Made by a program: the position numbers and the translations under genes
The notes under the pieces: generated by a model
What the model was told of the DNA's origin: nothing
What the model saw: only the letters and a program-made list of their open reading frames with translations
The model's database searches: none
In this document: one piece after another, positions 22,101-33,704 of the stretch
How the letters are laid out: every line of letters starts with the position of its first letter
How positions within the stretch are numbered: position 1 is the stretch's first letter
NCBI GenBank assembly: GCA_001687465.1
Contig: LVLI01000173.1
Span: 62,001 to 126,000, forward strand
DNA from: Halocafeteria seosinensis
Taxonomy: Eukaryota
DNA length: 64,000 nucleotides
Direction: 5' to 3'

Positions 22101-25100
22101 TCGTCTTCTGCCTGAAGCGGTCCAACATCCCCTACTGCGTTTTCAGCAAACTGAAATGATGTCGAAGTAACCTGAGGTGCAACTCGGATTTGTCTGACCG
22201 TAACTGGTATAAATGCGAGCGTTGGAGCTGCGATGCCATCTCTGAATTTTACACGCAGGAAGCGCGGAACCTGGGGAGACGTCTTATCATCCAGGTACAT
22301 GTTATTTCTCACAGTCACGACACCTGTAGAGTCTACACCAAATGCCTTGCAAAAGGTTTCCGTAGAACACGCATCCATCTCAACGGTAAGTTCGTCGTCA
22401 TCTGGATCATTTACAAAAGCAGGGTGTAGCAAGGTAACGATGTCAGATCCATCGGGATCAGTCTCCGTGAGTACGGTAGTTCCTTTGGTCGCATTCTCCA
22501 CAACATAGAGAGAAGGGGGATCAGACGTAGATGCGGGTGGCCTGTTAGGCTGGATGACGTTGACTCGAACTTTTTGAATGTCTGTTCCAGGATTGCCGGG
22601 AAAATTATCGCTTACCAAAATGTAGAACGTAAATGATTCCTGCTGCGTTTCCAAAAGCATGTTTGGTTTTGAAACAATTACCTGCCCCGTACACGCCCCC
22701 ACAGAGAATGGATGGGTCACCGTTTCAACCGGTGAACCGTCTTCTTTTACTAACGAAAATGTCAATTCATCTCCATCAGGATCGGTGAATTGACTTCCAA
22801 CGGGCTTCCCAACAGATTCCCCTTCGAGTTGTCCTCGACGAGCTTCCAAGTATACGACTTCTTCCTCATTGTGAAATTCCTCTTTTCTAAAAGGAGCAGA
22901 GTTAGTTTTCTGTAAGTGGATGGCTATTTCGCAACTAGTCGTCTCCAGCTTTCGACTTCCGCTTGGTTTCGTGTTACCTGGATGATTGGAGTCCTTTACC
23001 CAAACGTATCCGTGCCACCAGCCCCATCCTTCTTGTTGTCCACCATGCTCCCCCCAGTGCATCCGAAAGACATTACTCGGCCCGTTTGCTATAGAAAACT
23101 TTTCACCATTCCCCTGAAATCGGCAGAGGCCACTATGAGAATTACACCCCTGATATAATGCATAACTTGTAGTGGGTCCCGAATCGTCTGGGGATCCGAA
23201 GGCAAAGTCACCAAACCATTTCATGGCACGAGCAGTCACCCAATCTTCATATGGAACACCACTATTTATTTCAGAGGAGCTTCCACCCACCACAAAAGAC
23301 ATTGCTCTGATTTGAAAGTCTTCCAAATAGAAGTCAGTATATCCAAACGGGATCTGGATATCGTAGTGAGCGTAGTGTTTACCACCTCCATCCACCGTAA
23401 ATGGTCTGTTCCCGTCACGGAAGCCGTCGCGAAGAACATCTCCTTCGAACGTCAGATCCCCTTTAAGGTGTTCCTTGGCTATTTGGCGAGAAATGCGAGT
23501 AAAACCATCTTTGCATTCAGTTTCAAAAGCTGTTTCCTCCCCCTTCCCAAACGGATCGATCATGTAGGTACCATCACGAGGAACGTCCATACAACTTTCA
23601 TAATAGGACTGAGTTACACTCGCTTCAAGCTTTATTGTATATGCATCACAATTGGAGGTCTTGAGGACCGACTGCTTCCTTAGCTGTAACTGCGCATCCT
23701 TTTGATCGATGCCGTTGTATTTACGATTTTGATTCAACCGAGTATCCAATTCAAACGGGTGTGAGTTACTAATGTCTGCAGTGCAGGCTTCTCCGTTTCT
23801 TGTCTCCCCGCTTTCGACTACAGAGGCGAGTCTGTACTCGATGGAATCCCATGTCACTTGGACTTCTACTTGGAATGGATCCCATATATTCTTCGTCTCG
23901 GATAGGGGATCGGTAACCTCCGAAATGAAGATATTGTTGCTGGAACTACTCAGCGCGCAAGTATCATCCTTCCATTCGGTGTTCTGTAGCCTCAGCCCAT
24001 TGCGGCAACTGAATTGAACACTGCATTTCTGACAGTCGGTGCGGGTAGACAAATCCGGAGTTTCGGGAAGGGTGTAAAATCCAGAAGGGCATGTTTTCCG
24101 TACTCCAGCGGCACAGTAGAAACTAGGATTACTATCAGAGCAGGGCTGCTCGCGGGGATCTGTACTGCCTGGTGGACAATGATAGCCGTCGACACACTGG
24201 CCGGTGCACGATTCACTTGTTTCCCTGTCCGAGTTGCCATACCGTCCTTCGGGACATGGGAACCTTTCCCCCCCTTTACAGTAGTATCCCGGAGGACATG
24301 GTTTCTCCCCTGAACGCTGGGTCTCTGGAACATCGAGTGGAATGGTATAGTGACCGGGTGACACAGAGGAACGCGAAGTTGGGCCTTTGCAATACTTATC
24401 CACTGCTCCACATGCCTCCCACTCGCCCTTTCCAGTTCCTTCTTTACAAACGAATCCTGGGGGACACTCTCCTGTACAGTCTTCACTGGTCGTCCCGGCT
24501 TCACCGTATGTTCCAAACGGACACTTCTGCCCGAGATTCGCAGCCGTCAAGCCTTCCGAAGTGCAATACCTGCCAGCTTCGCAGGGGCCTTCACATTCAC
24601 TGTCTGTCGCACCTGGTGACGAGGAGAACCTACCCTTTGGACATGGGCTTTGCGATGTTGCTCCTTCCGTGGCGAAATAACCAGCCTCGGCAACTGTACA
24701 AGATGCCTGTCCTGAAGAGGCTTGGAAATAACCAGCAGGGCAGTCTTCGCAGGCTGCAGATTCTTTACTTGACTGGAATTGCCCCGCAGAGCAATGAGTG
24801 CACTCGGAGGAGCCTGGTTCCGGTGCGTATTGTCCACGGGAACAACTTAAACAGTTGCCCTTCCCCTTGGTATCGATGAACTCTCCTCGCGGACAAGCAG
24901 AGCAGTACTTCTTGCCTTCCTCGGGGGTGATGTATCCTTCAGGACACTTTGTGCATTGCCCTGTACCTTGGGAATCGGCATGATATCCCCGCGGACAGTG
25001 CTTACATGCTGTTGAGCCTTTAGAATCTGCAAACTGCCCCTGTGGACAATAGGTACACACTGTAGCACCTTCCTCTGCTGAAAATTTTCCTTCACCACAA

Positions 25101-25716
25101 GAGCTGCATCGTTTCTGTCCCGGTATTGGCTGCTTTCTCCCGGGTGAACAGAGCTGACAACTTGTAGCATTCGTCAATTGTTGCCCAGGAATCGTAATAT
25201 CGTTGAACCGACCCGCCTGGAAATTAAACTTCCTAACTTCTTGCAGATATCGTTTAGGCACCCTTCAGGTACTCCACTTACCTCACAATCACAACATTGG
25301 GCACGATTTTCGGTTAAATATCTCCCTAAAGTGCATACTTTGTCGCCATCTCCATTCGACACGGCTCCATTGCACTCGGTTGAAGCAGCAGCTTTCGGGA
25401 ACACGGGGAGAATTCCCCGTATCTCATCGCCCACCAAGAGCGATATAAGCGCAAAAGCACAGACCAAGAGTGGTCTCCTTGTCGTCGTCTTATACACCTG
25501 CAGTTAACGAAACGATGACTTGGAGAATATGCTTGCACGGCAAGAAATGCTCTCGAGCCTTCTCGCAAGGGGATGCATGACGTAGGGGTCGTTCTCGCCC
25601 CTTTGTGTTCCCTGTTTGTGGAACGCAGGGGATACCCCCTGGTCAGGGGTGGATTCGAAAAGTTACCCCATGAAGATTCCGTGAGATATTCGGCCTCCTT
25701 ATAGCTGACTTACCAT
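13193..25716 (-). CDS. Giant (~4080 aa) multipass surface receptor: signal peptide, Cys-rich GCC2/GCC3-like repeats, fibrinogen-like segment, cadherin-like repeats, IPT/TIG repeats, Cys-rich linker, multipass TM domain; predicted exons 25716-25714, 25497-25282, 25216-13193
   Basis: CxxCPxGxF repeats; DPDGD/DPDDD/AQDNGAPSLS/LDYET cadherin motifs; many GxNFG IPT motifs; hydrophobic C-terminus (DYFQVL..., YHLFKPGKWYW..LLRK, RPY). Phase-0 introns 25281-25217 (GTAAGT..TTCCAG) and 25713-25498 (GTAAGT..CTGCAG) supply the signal peptide and an ATG. Confidence 0.85.
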
Positions 25717-26614
25717 GATATACGTCATACACAAGTACAGTACCTGTATACACGTGCAGGTGAGTGGACAGTGGTCGCTTCTGGAGTCTGCCCGAGGCGC
25801 GTTTATTGAGGACAAGGCATGGTCAGAGTGAATAGACAGACCAATTCCAATCTCGACAAAAACGAAAAGCCTCTTTTCCACGCAATGCTCATCACAATGC
25901 GCAGGCTCTGACCGTGATAAGAGAAGGGCAAGCGCTCACTTCGAACCAACGAGGGGTTGTGAAGTTCACTGAGCCTCGATCGCAGAACAGCTGGGACACG
26001 TGGCACTTGTCAAAGAAGGGCCACATGTTCAAACGCAGTGTTGCAGTACGTGGGTGCTAATGAAAGGGTGTACCACGTGTTGCCATTTTACTGTGACTGA
26101 AGAGAAACGATCGGATTGCGGCGCGAGTTCTGTGCAGTACGTCCTGCCAAAGAACAGCGCATAAAGCAGGAAAGTCCTCCAGATCCGCTCGAGTCACCAG
26201 TTCCCAATGAGCTCCGAATCCAGCCGCAGGACGACTTTAAGGAAAAAATACAAGTAACAACTGACATTGTCTTATGTACGCAATGGGTCGCAGATACTTC
26301 CACGTGGGTATTGCTATTGCTCCTACTGGAAGACGTGTCACTACAGGCTACGCTATTTCCACCGGTTCCTTCGGCGGGATCATGAGGCTCATAGATTTGT
26401 CCCACTCTCTCCATGTTTATGTACTCTCCACCTTGCAGTGGCGAGTAGCAGTGGTGAACACTTTCAGGTCGTTTTCCGGAGGTAGGCGTAGCACATAGAG
26501 TAGTAGGTTTCTCCCAGGGCCACCATTCCTGAGTTCCTTATGCCTCCAACTCGTCGACCAGCACTGGGAGTATCGTGCTGCATGTATAGCAAAGGAGTTA
26601 CCCCATTCCATGGG

Positions 26615-26916
26615 GAGATGTGGTGAAATGGAGCGATGTCGTGAAATGGAAACCATAAGATGATGCAATTCAATTCGGATTTCAAGTGCGAAGCCGGGTT
26701 GCCGCCGAGTTAGGTGCATACCTGTAGCAGTGAGCTAGATCCCCCGAAGACATCTCATGTAATGGATTAGTGTCAATGCTTGTGCTCGCAAGCATCCATC
26801 GATCTGAGATGTGGTGAAATCGAAACCATCCAATGATGCAATTCAATTCAAGTGAAAAGTCCAGGTTGCCGACGAGTTAGGTCACCTTAGGTGCACAAGA
26901 CCTGAAGACATTTCAT
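26615..26916. repeat. Diverged direct repeat pair (~110-145 nt)
   Basis: gagatgtggtgaaat..gaaaccat..atgatgcaattcaattc..ggttgccg(c/a)cgagttaggt..gaagacat at ~26615-26758 and ~26806-26916. Confidence 0.75.
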
Positions 26917-27910
26917 CAGATCCATTATACTTGATGAATGCCCTTACAGGTGTAGAAGAAAAGATGTGATCTTACTGTATATGAAGGGAACCGTATTACT
27001 CTTTGATTGGCTTCGGATCTCAATTTGAAAGAGAGACACAAAGTTCTCGAGGGCGAAGACAGCTAAGAGTTAGTGGCCTGAAATCAAACTGTACTCTTTC
27101 ATTCATCAGTTGCTCGTACTGGAGGAATCTAGTGGAGGTTATGGTTCACTTCAAGGGCTTACAGTACGCACGTTAGAGGTGTCTGCTCTTTGCTAAGGCA
27201 GAGGAATTCGCGCTACCAGGGCTTCAGGTACTCTTGCTGCCGGAGTTCCTTCTGTACGTGTACGAAGCTGAGAGTTGAAAATTGGATACCTAAAATATAC
27301 AAACGCCAATATCCATATGAAGGCTTCTTGTTCCAGCGAAATGTGTACTGTTTTCGATGCTGACGAAGTACTCGGGGGTAGCGGTGTGTGTATTCAACTT
27401 CAGCTATGGTAAGCGCGGACAGTATCACACAGACTGTGAGTCAGTCTGCGACACAGTCAGTGTCTGTGACACTGTGTGAATTCAACTTCAACTACTGTAT
27501 AGCAACGGTAGAGCTCAAAACGCCGGCTTCAACTGGCCCCAGCTGGTGAATGGACGGCTTTGTTGCAACTTGCAGGACACATACACAAGAAGCGGTTTGA
27601 CGATCATTTTTCCAATCCATCTCTTACTCTTTCGCTCTTGATATAGTATCCGGGGTACGAGTTGGAGTTTGTAGCAGTGAACAAACGGATACAATATCTC
27701 TGGTAAAAAACAAATCCAGAGGCCAACGCACTGCTACTGCTATTCTATTCAAGCAGAGTTCCAAGCACCTGTTTTCCGAAGCGTTGAAAGCAGGTTCTGT
27801 CGACTGCGTGGATTATCTAAACGGGTCACTTGCGCAGTGGCATCATACAGCCTGGGTGCAACGGACCAACACCCGCGTCCTAAGGCTAACGAAGTATACA
27901 AGGCAGTACA

Positions 27911-30235
27911 ATGGATTCAGTCGGATACCAAGAGCCTCGAGATAATTGCTATCTTCCTGTGGGGATGCAGTCCGCTCAGAGCGACGATGGTACCCATCCG
28001 AGACAGAAAAGTCACCCCAGCGATGAAAGTAAAAGCAGCCCTACTTGCTTTTTGGGTACTTACCTGGACCATCACTTCATGACCATCTGGTTTTATTGCG
28101 TCTACACATGCTTGTGGATACCTCTATTGCTGTCGATGGTAGTCCAGCAAGCATCAGGAGCGCGGTTTTTTCGAGGTTTTTTCCAGCGTTTTACAGCCCG
28201 TTGCCCGGAAACTCGGTTGGATGCATCTGGAATGGAGGAAGGGCGACATACTCTGAACAGAGAAAGCATGAGGAAAAATTGTAAAGCTTGTATACACAGC
28301 AAAGGGAGTAGGATCCAAGACCTACCGTTCACAGTTTTCGCTAAGCTTGTTCGTTGGACCCAACCACGGCTCTCTGGTCTACCACACTTCCCCGGGATTG
28401 TCAGGGGAGCCGTGTTTCTACTGGCCATAAAATTTCTTGCTTTACCTGTAAAAGCGGAGCAAAAGAACTTGCGAACCGATGAGCCGTGTATTCGTAATGT
28501 CTCCAGCATTTTGCTTACTCAAACATGTGACATTGACTGGGCGGAAAATGGCTACACCGTGGATGACTTCATTACGCTGTCCAGCGATGAGATCTTCGAC
28601 GGGCAGAACTACACTATCAATTTGGATGGAATCGTTGGTTTCAAGGGACTGTTCGCCGTCAATGAATCGGTTTCGACGTTCGAAGCTGCTCCTACGATCC
28701 GGAATGTCCACACTCTTAACGGCACCACGACAACGGGAGGCGGCTTCATAATGCGCCGCAGTCAGAAATTTTTCAAAATAGATTACTGCTCTTCCAGTGG
28801 CGGAATTGATGGAATTGACAGAAGCGGTGGAATTGTGGGTGAAGAGCCTGGTGGACGTGTTAGCATACGGAACTCTTTCTCCACAGGTCCGATAGCGTCT
28901 GATCTCGGAGGTGGTATTATCGGTGACGGCGCTACTGGCAGCGTCAATATCGTAAGCTGTTTTTCACACGGAGATATACTAGGTCATAGTGCGGGTGGGA
29001 TATGTGGTGGTAATTGCGGTAAAGACGTAGACTCGCATGTCTCTATCGCTAGATCCTACTCTACGGGAACGGTGAAAGGAACTATGAGCGGTGGAATTGT
29101 AGGTCTTCAGAGTGGCTCCAATGGTGCCTCTATTGTAATATCCGAATGCTTTACTACGGGGAACGTAACCGGTGAAGGTGCGGGTGGGATTGCAGGCGGA
29201 TTTACTGCGCGCAATGGCGGGGTATTTGAGATACAAAATTCGTATACTACAGGAACAGTTGACCCAAATAGCGGGAAGACTGGCACTATTTCTGGAGATG
29301 CCACTGCGATGGACGCGGGGACGGTCTTCATCAGGATGGCCTATACGCTTTCCGGTCTTCTGGAAAGAGATGCCGGGTCCCCTTATATGATCGGAGAAAT
29401 CTATGAACAAGAGATGGAATTCCTCGATGCTGAAACTGTACTCGTCCAGTTCGCTGTGTGTGGATCTATAGTGCGCGTTAATCATCCCAATGTGCTTATT
29501 TTGGATGATGAAGCTGTTTCAAACGACCCGAGGGATATTAGAGGACGTTTGTTCCACGAACAATGGTTGGACACGATTTGGTTTATACCGCCATCAAACA
29601 CGAGTGACAGGTTTCCAGAACTGGTGATGAATCCGCAAACTATGTGCGGAACCGGAGAAATCCCCGACTTCAGTCCAAACGCTACATGCCGACGTTGTCC
29701 GGCGCACCAATTTTCCACGGTCTCAGATTCTCAGTGCAGACCATGTGGACCTGGTTACATTCCAAATGAGGATCAAAGCAGTTGCAGAAAATGCTCCGCA
29801 GATGAATTTGCAACTGCTTTAGATTTTCACTGTAGAAGTTGCGGTACGAAGGGATGCCCATCGTCCATCACTGCTACGCCAACTACATCAATAACCCCTT
29901 CTCAGTCGATGGAAGCATCTGCCAATCGGACATCATCGGTGCTAGTAAGCCCCATGTCGAGCATCTCTACAACTGCAAAGCCTACCGAGACAGCAACTGG
30001 CAGCAGCAGTCCTTCCGCTTCTCATTCGTCCTCTTCCAGCCGTGATCCGACAAGTAGCGTAAAACCGTCTCCGGATCCTCCTTCATCTGAACAGTCAGAA
30101 AAAAGTCAGTCCAATTTGGCGGATGGTTCCGGCACGAAGAAAGTTAACCGCGGTCGTGGTGGAACTCCAAGGACATTACCCGTGCGAAGTACATCTTGCA
30201 GTGGCAAGAAACAGGTAGAGTCCAACGAGAACTAG
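27911..30235 (+). CDS. GLUG-type beta-helix + Cys-rich repeats + Ser/Thr stalk protein (copy 3)
   Basis: LPVKA-EQKNLR cleavage-like site, FDG, GGIVG/GGICG repeats, CRRCPAHQF/CRPCGPGY repeats, S-rich stalk, tail TLPVRSTSC. Confidence 0.85.
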   Translation: MDSVGYQEPRDNCYLPVGMQSAQSDDGTHPRQKSHPSDESKSSPTCFLGTYLDHHFMTIWFYCVYTCLWIPLLLSMVVQQASGARFFRGFFQRFTARCPETRLDASGMEEGRHTLNRESMRKNCKACIHSKGSRIQDLPFTVFAKLVRWTQPRLSGLPHFPGIVRGAVFLLAIKFLALPVKAEQKNLRTDEPCIRNVSSILLTQTCDIDWAENGYTVDDFITLSSDEIFDGQNYTINLDGIVGFKGLFAVNESVSTFEAAPTIRNVHTLNGTTTTGGGFIMRRSQKFFKIDYCSSSGGIDGIDRSGGIVGEEPGGRVSIRNSFSTGPIASDLGGGIIGDGATGSVNIVSCFSHGDILGHSAGGICGGNCGKDVDSHVSIARSYSTGTVKGTMSGGIVGLQSGSNGASIVISECFTTGNVTGEGAGGIAGGFTARNGGVFEIQNSYTTGTVDPNSGKTGTISGDATAMDAGTVFIRMAYTLSGLLERDAGSPYMIGEIYEQEMEFLDAETVLVQFAVCGSIVRVNHPNVLILDDEAVSNDPRDIRGRLFHEQWLDTIWFIPPSNTSDRFPELVMNPQTMCGTGEIPDFSPNATCRRCPAHQFSTVSDSQCRPCGPGYIPNEDQSSCRKCSADEFATALDFHCRSCGTKGCPSSITATPTTSITPSQSMEASANRTSSVLVSPMSSISTTAKPTETATGSSSPSASHSSSSSRDPTSSVKPSPDPPSSEQSEKSQSNLADGSGTKKVNRGRGGTPRTLPVRSTSCSGKKQVESNEN

Positions 30236-30484
30236 ACATAGAACGAGGTAAGGAACACCAGTTCCAATCTTCCCAGTTCTTCCTCAAGCGGAGAATCAGT
30301 GGGGCCGACATCGTCCATCATCGTCAGAAGCAGCAGGAGGCCGGACCCTACTGGGTCCCGGAAGCCCCCTTCAACTAATGGTAGACAAAAGAAAAGGAGG
30401 GTTTGTTCATTGCTCTTAACCAATGTTTCACTTTTCCTGCGCTTCTTTCTCTCTAAGCACAGTAGCATCGACTGCGTGAACTGA

Positions 30485-33061
30485 GTGGTGTCGCAATACG
30501 GCAATTGTGTCTGCAGCAAAGAAATTCGCTTCAACATTCATCAGCTGGTTCATTCATTCGCTGTTACGCAAACGACGCCTTTACCACTGCTAACCCCAGA
30601 GCTCTACCCGCAGACCGCGTTTCATTGTCTTTATCTGATGTCTATACCCTTGTACCGGTGGGCGCTGTTTCAACGTACTGCTGACCAACACCCGAACGCG
30701 ACGGATTCCATGGACCTTCGAGGAAATCGCACATCCCTATCGGGAGTGGAATCCCCGGTGAGGGGTGAAGTTTCCCCTCCCGAAAAACGGGAACCTTCAA
30801 GTACTTGTATGTGGCTTTGCGAGGACGGTGAGGATCGGGTTGCACCTTGGGATCTCGGCAGAACTACCCATACAAGTTTGTTGGACACCAATTCGAACTA
30901 TCGTCTCTTCAAAACCGTGTTCTGTTGGGTCCACGGGTTATTTGGGATGTTTCTGTGGCGATGGGTGCTGCTCCAAGAAAGAGGAACGCGGTTCCTTGCA
31001 AGTATCGGGTGGCTTGCTTCTACCGGTATCGCGGCCGCAGGAACTTGTTCAGCTGCAGCTGTCTTCAGTGAAAGAATGCAGAATAGACCGAACAGCGAGA
31101 GGTTGATAAGGAATCATAAACGCAACCGAAAATCCAATGAATACGCATTCCGAGAGCTACGGTATGTCATCGCTGCTAAAGCAGTCCCTGCGAACTCCCG
31201 GGCACTACGCTGCTTGGCTTTGCACTTCTCCGGAATAACCTGGGGAGCTATGCTGCTGTTAGTTCTCGTAAATGTTCTTACTTTACCTGCAAAAGCAGAG
31301 CAAAGGGATTTGCGAGTTGATGAGCCGTGTATTCGTAATGTTTCCGACTTCGTGCTCATCCAAACATGTGACATCAGCTGGGTGGAAAGCGGCTACACCC
31401 TGGATGACTTTATTACGCTGACCAGCAATGAGACGTTCGACGGACAGAACTACACTATCAATTTCGATGGAATCGTCGGGTATGATGGACTGTTTGCAAT
31501 CGATGAGTCTGTATCATCGTTTGAGGTAGCCCCTAGGATCCGGAATGTCCACACCTCTAACGGAACACTGGCAACAGGTGGCGGGTTCATCGTGCGTCCG
31601 AGACAGAAGTTTTTTAAAGTAAATTACTGTTCTTCGAGTGGCAAAATTGGTGGGATAGACAGGAGCGGTGGAATTGTAGGCGAAGAAGCTGGTGGACAAA
31701 TTCTCGTGCGTAATTGCTTTTCTACAGGTCCAATAGCTGCTGAACTCGCAGGCGGCATTGTCGGTAACGACGTTTCTGGTCTCGGGAGAATAGAGGCATG
31801 TTTTTCACATGGTGACATACTAGGTAGTAGTGCTGGGGGGATTTGTGGTGGGAATTGCGGGAAAGGTAGATACTCTCAGGTGTACATCACTCGGTCCTAT
31901 TCCACGGGAACGGTGAAAGGATCTAGAAGTGGTGGTATCGTAGGTATCCAGAGTGGCCATGAATGGGGCTCGGTCATAATATCCCAGTGTTTTACTACGG
32001 GAGACATCGTCTGTGACGGAGCCGGGGGTATTACAGGAGGAGCGGCTGCACGGAATGAAGGCGAAGTAGAAATCCGAGACTCGTATACTACTGGGCATGT
32101 TACGAGCAGCAAGAGGACCGGGGGTATTTCAGGCGACGATACTGCAATGGATGGAGGACAGGTTTCTATCATCAATGTGTACATGCTGTCGGGGCTTGAG
32201 GAAAGCGATTCCGGTGATCCTTACTTGATAGGAGAAGTCTATGAGTCCGGCGATTACGGTGATGCTGAGGAGGTCATGGTACGCTACTCTGTGTTTGGCA
32301 TAATCATGCGCGAAGGACCTCAGGATGGGTTTATCGTGGACAAGGATTCTACTTCAACAGACAACCCGGACAAGATCAGAGGACGTTTGTATCAACCGTG
32401 GTCTGACAAGATTTGGTTTATACCGCCTTCAAATGCAACCGAGAGATTCCCAGAGTTGATCATGAATCCACAAAGCATTTGTGGGGCTGGAAAAGTCTCT
32501 AATTTCAACTCTAATGGTACCTGCGAAAGTTGTTCAGCGTACCAATTTGCAACAGCATCGGATTCCCTATGCAGACCATGTAGCCCTGGTTCCGTTCCAA
32601 ATGAGGAGCAAAGCAGTTGCAGTGAATGCTCTGCAGATGAATTTGCAACTACTTTAGATTCTCAGTGTAGAAGTTCCGGTGAGAAGGGATGCCTAACATC
32701 CACCACTGCTACGCCAACTGTTTCCAGATCTCCTTCTCAATCTATGAAGCCATCTGGCAGCCGCACATCATCACTGTTCATGAGTCCAATGTCAAGCAAC
32801 TCTACAACTATAAGGCCTAGCGAGACAGCAATTAGCAGCGACAGTCCCTCCAGCGCTCACTCGCCCTCCTCCAGCCGCGATCCGGCGAGTAGCATAAAGC
32901 CGTCTCCGGATTCTCCTTCATCTGAGCAGTCAGAATCCAAATTGGCATCTGGTGCTGGCACGACGAAAGTGAAACGCGGTCGTGGTAGGAATCCACGGAC
33001 GTTACCCGTGCGAAGTACGTCTTGCAGCGGAACGAAGCAAGAAGAACCCAACGAGAACTAG
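30485..33061 (+). CDS. GLUG-type beta-helix + Cys-rich repeats + stalk protein (copy 4), tandem paralog of 27911-30235; real start probably a downstream ATG (30638, 30710 or MLLLVLV)
   Basis: Colinear high similarity to copy 3 from KAEQ..DEPCIRNVS through PRTLPVRSTSCSG..NEN. Confidence 0.85.
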   Translation: MVSQYGNCVCSKEIRFNIHQLVHSFAVTQTTPLPLLTPELYPQTAFHCLYLMSIPLYRWALFQRTADQHPNATDSMDLRGNRTSLSGVESPVRGEVSPPEKREPSSTCMWLCEDGEDRVAPWDLGRTTHTSLLDTNSNYRLFKTVFCWVHGLFGMFLWRWVLLQERGTRFLASIGWLASTGIAAAGTCSAAAVFSERMQNRPNSERLIRNHKRNRKSNEYAFRELRYVIAAKAVPANSRALRCLALHFSGITWGAMLLLVLVNVLTLPAKAEQRDLRVDEPCIRNVSDFVLIQTCDISWVESGYTLDDFITLTSNETFDGQNYTINFDGIVGYDGLFAIDESVSSFEVAPRIRNVHTSNGTLATGGGFIVRPRQKFFKVNYCSSSGKIGGIDRSGGIVGEEAGGQILVRNCFSTGPIAAELAGGIVGNDVSGLGRIEACFSHGDILGSSAGGICGGNCGKGRYSQVYITRSYSTGTVKGSRSGGIVGIQSGHEWGSVIISQCFTTGDIVCDGAGGITGGAAARNEGEVEIRDSYTTGHVTSSKRTGGISGDDTAMDGGQVSIINVYMLSGLEESDSGDPYLIGEVYESGDYGDAEEVMVRYSVFGIIMREGPQDGFIVDKDSTSTDNPDKIRGRLYQPWSDKIWFIPPSNATERFPELIMNPQSICGAGKVSNFNSNGTCESCSAYQFATASDSLCRPCSPGSVPNEEQSSCSECSADEFATTLDSQCRSSGEKGCLTSTTATPTVSRSPSQSMKPSGSRTSSLFMSPMSSNSTTIRPSETAISSDSPSSAHSPSSSRDPASSIKPSPDSPSSEQSESKLASGAGTTKVKRGRGRNPRTLPVRSTSCSGTKQEEPNEN

Positions 33062-33704
33062 ACCCGTAGGAGGAGATTATTTACGTAAATCAATTCTCCT
33101 CTGCTTTATTAAGCTCTTGATTGAATTATTCGGTACAAACCTAGCAGTTGTTGTTTAGTTGTTGGGAATTCCACACACACACAAAAAAGTTTGCGTCCGT
33201 CTGTCTGTGGTGGCGGTAGTCATTATTGAATGAGAATGTTCATAAGTGCATTTATCCCCCACCATATTATCCACAGGCTGTAAAAATATCTGAATATTCC
33301 GAAGGTGAATAGAATAAAACTAGCGCGGAATTCAGGCTCCCACATGCTTCTGGTAGGAAGTCTGAGACCCAGAAATGGTAGTCGTACAGCCGGTTATACT
33401 AGAGCGCCATGCACCGAGAACGCAGTGTTGATACGAGTATAATGTGCCGAAAAAGGAGTCGGAGTTGAGTTGAAACTGAAATTTCTTGAGTTTTCCCCCC
33501 GTTTTCTACCCCTACAGCGCGTTCCCGGGTACACCAACCATACGATAAGATGGTAACTACATTGGGTAAGCTGTCAATGAGTTGAATGAAGAGAAGGGGA
33601 TGCAAGCATGCACTAATAAGCTGGGTTGGACTTGTGCTGGAAGGACTTTCTTTGTTTCCTCTAAATCCCCCGTTGAGAGCGTTCTTGGCTTTGCACGTTG
33701 ATTA

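Noticed and set aside
13344..25170. Numerous short ORFs antisense to or overlapping the giant gene, and likewise within the GLUG genes
   Set aside because: Shadow ORFs of long coding sequence with no independent motifs
25174..25281. Apparent frameshift between the signal-peptide ORF and the 4022-aa ORF
   Set aside because: Fully explained by a canonical 65-nt phase-0 intron
26050..26520. Possible small spliced plus-strand gene (KQESPPDPLESP...)
   Set aside because: Splice-like sites exist, but no start, coherent frame or homology could be established
27470..27476. CACTGTG, the reverse of the RAG/Transib heptamer
   Set aside because: No nonamer at 12/23 spacing and no transposase; a 7-mer is expected by chance
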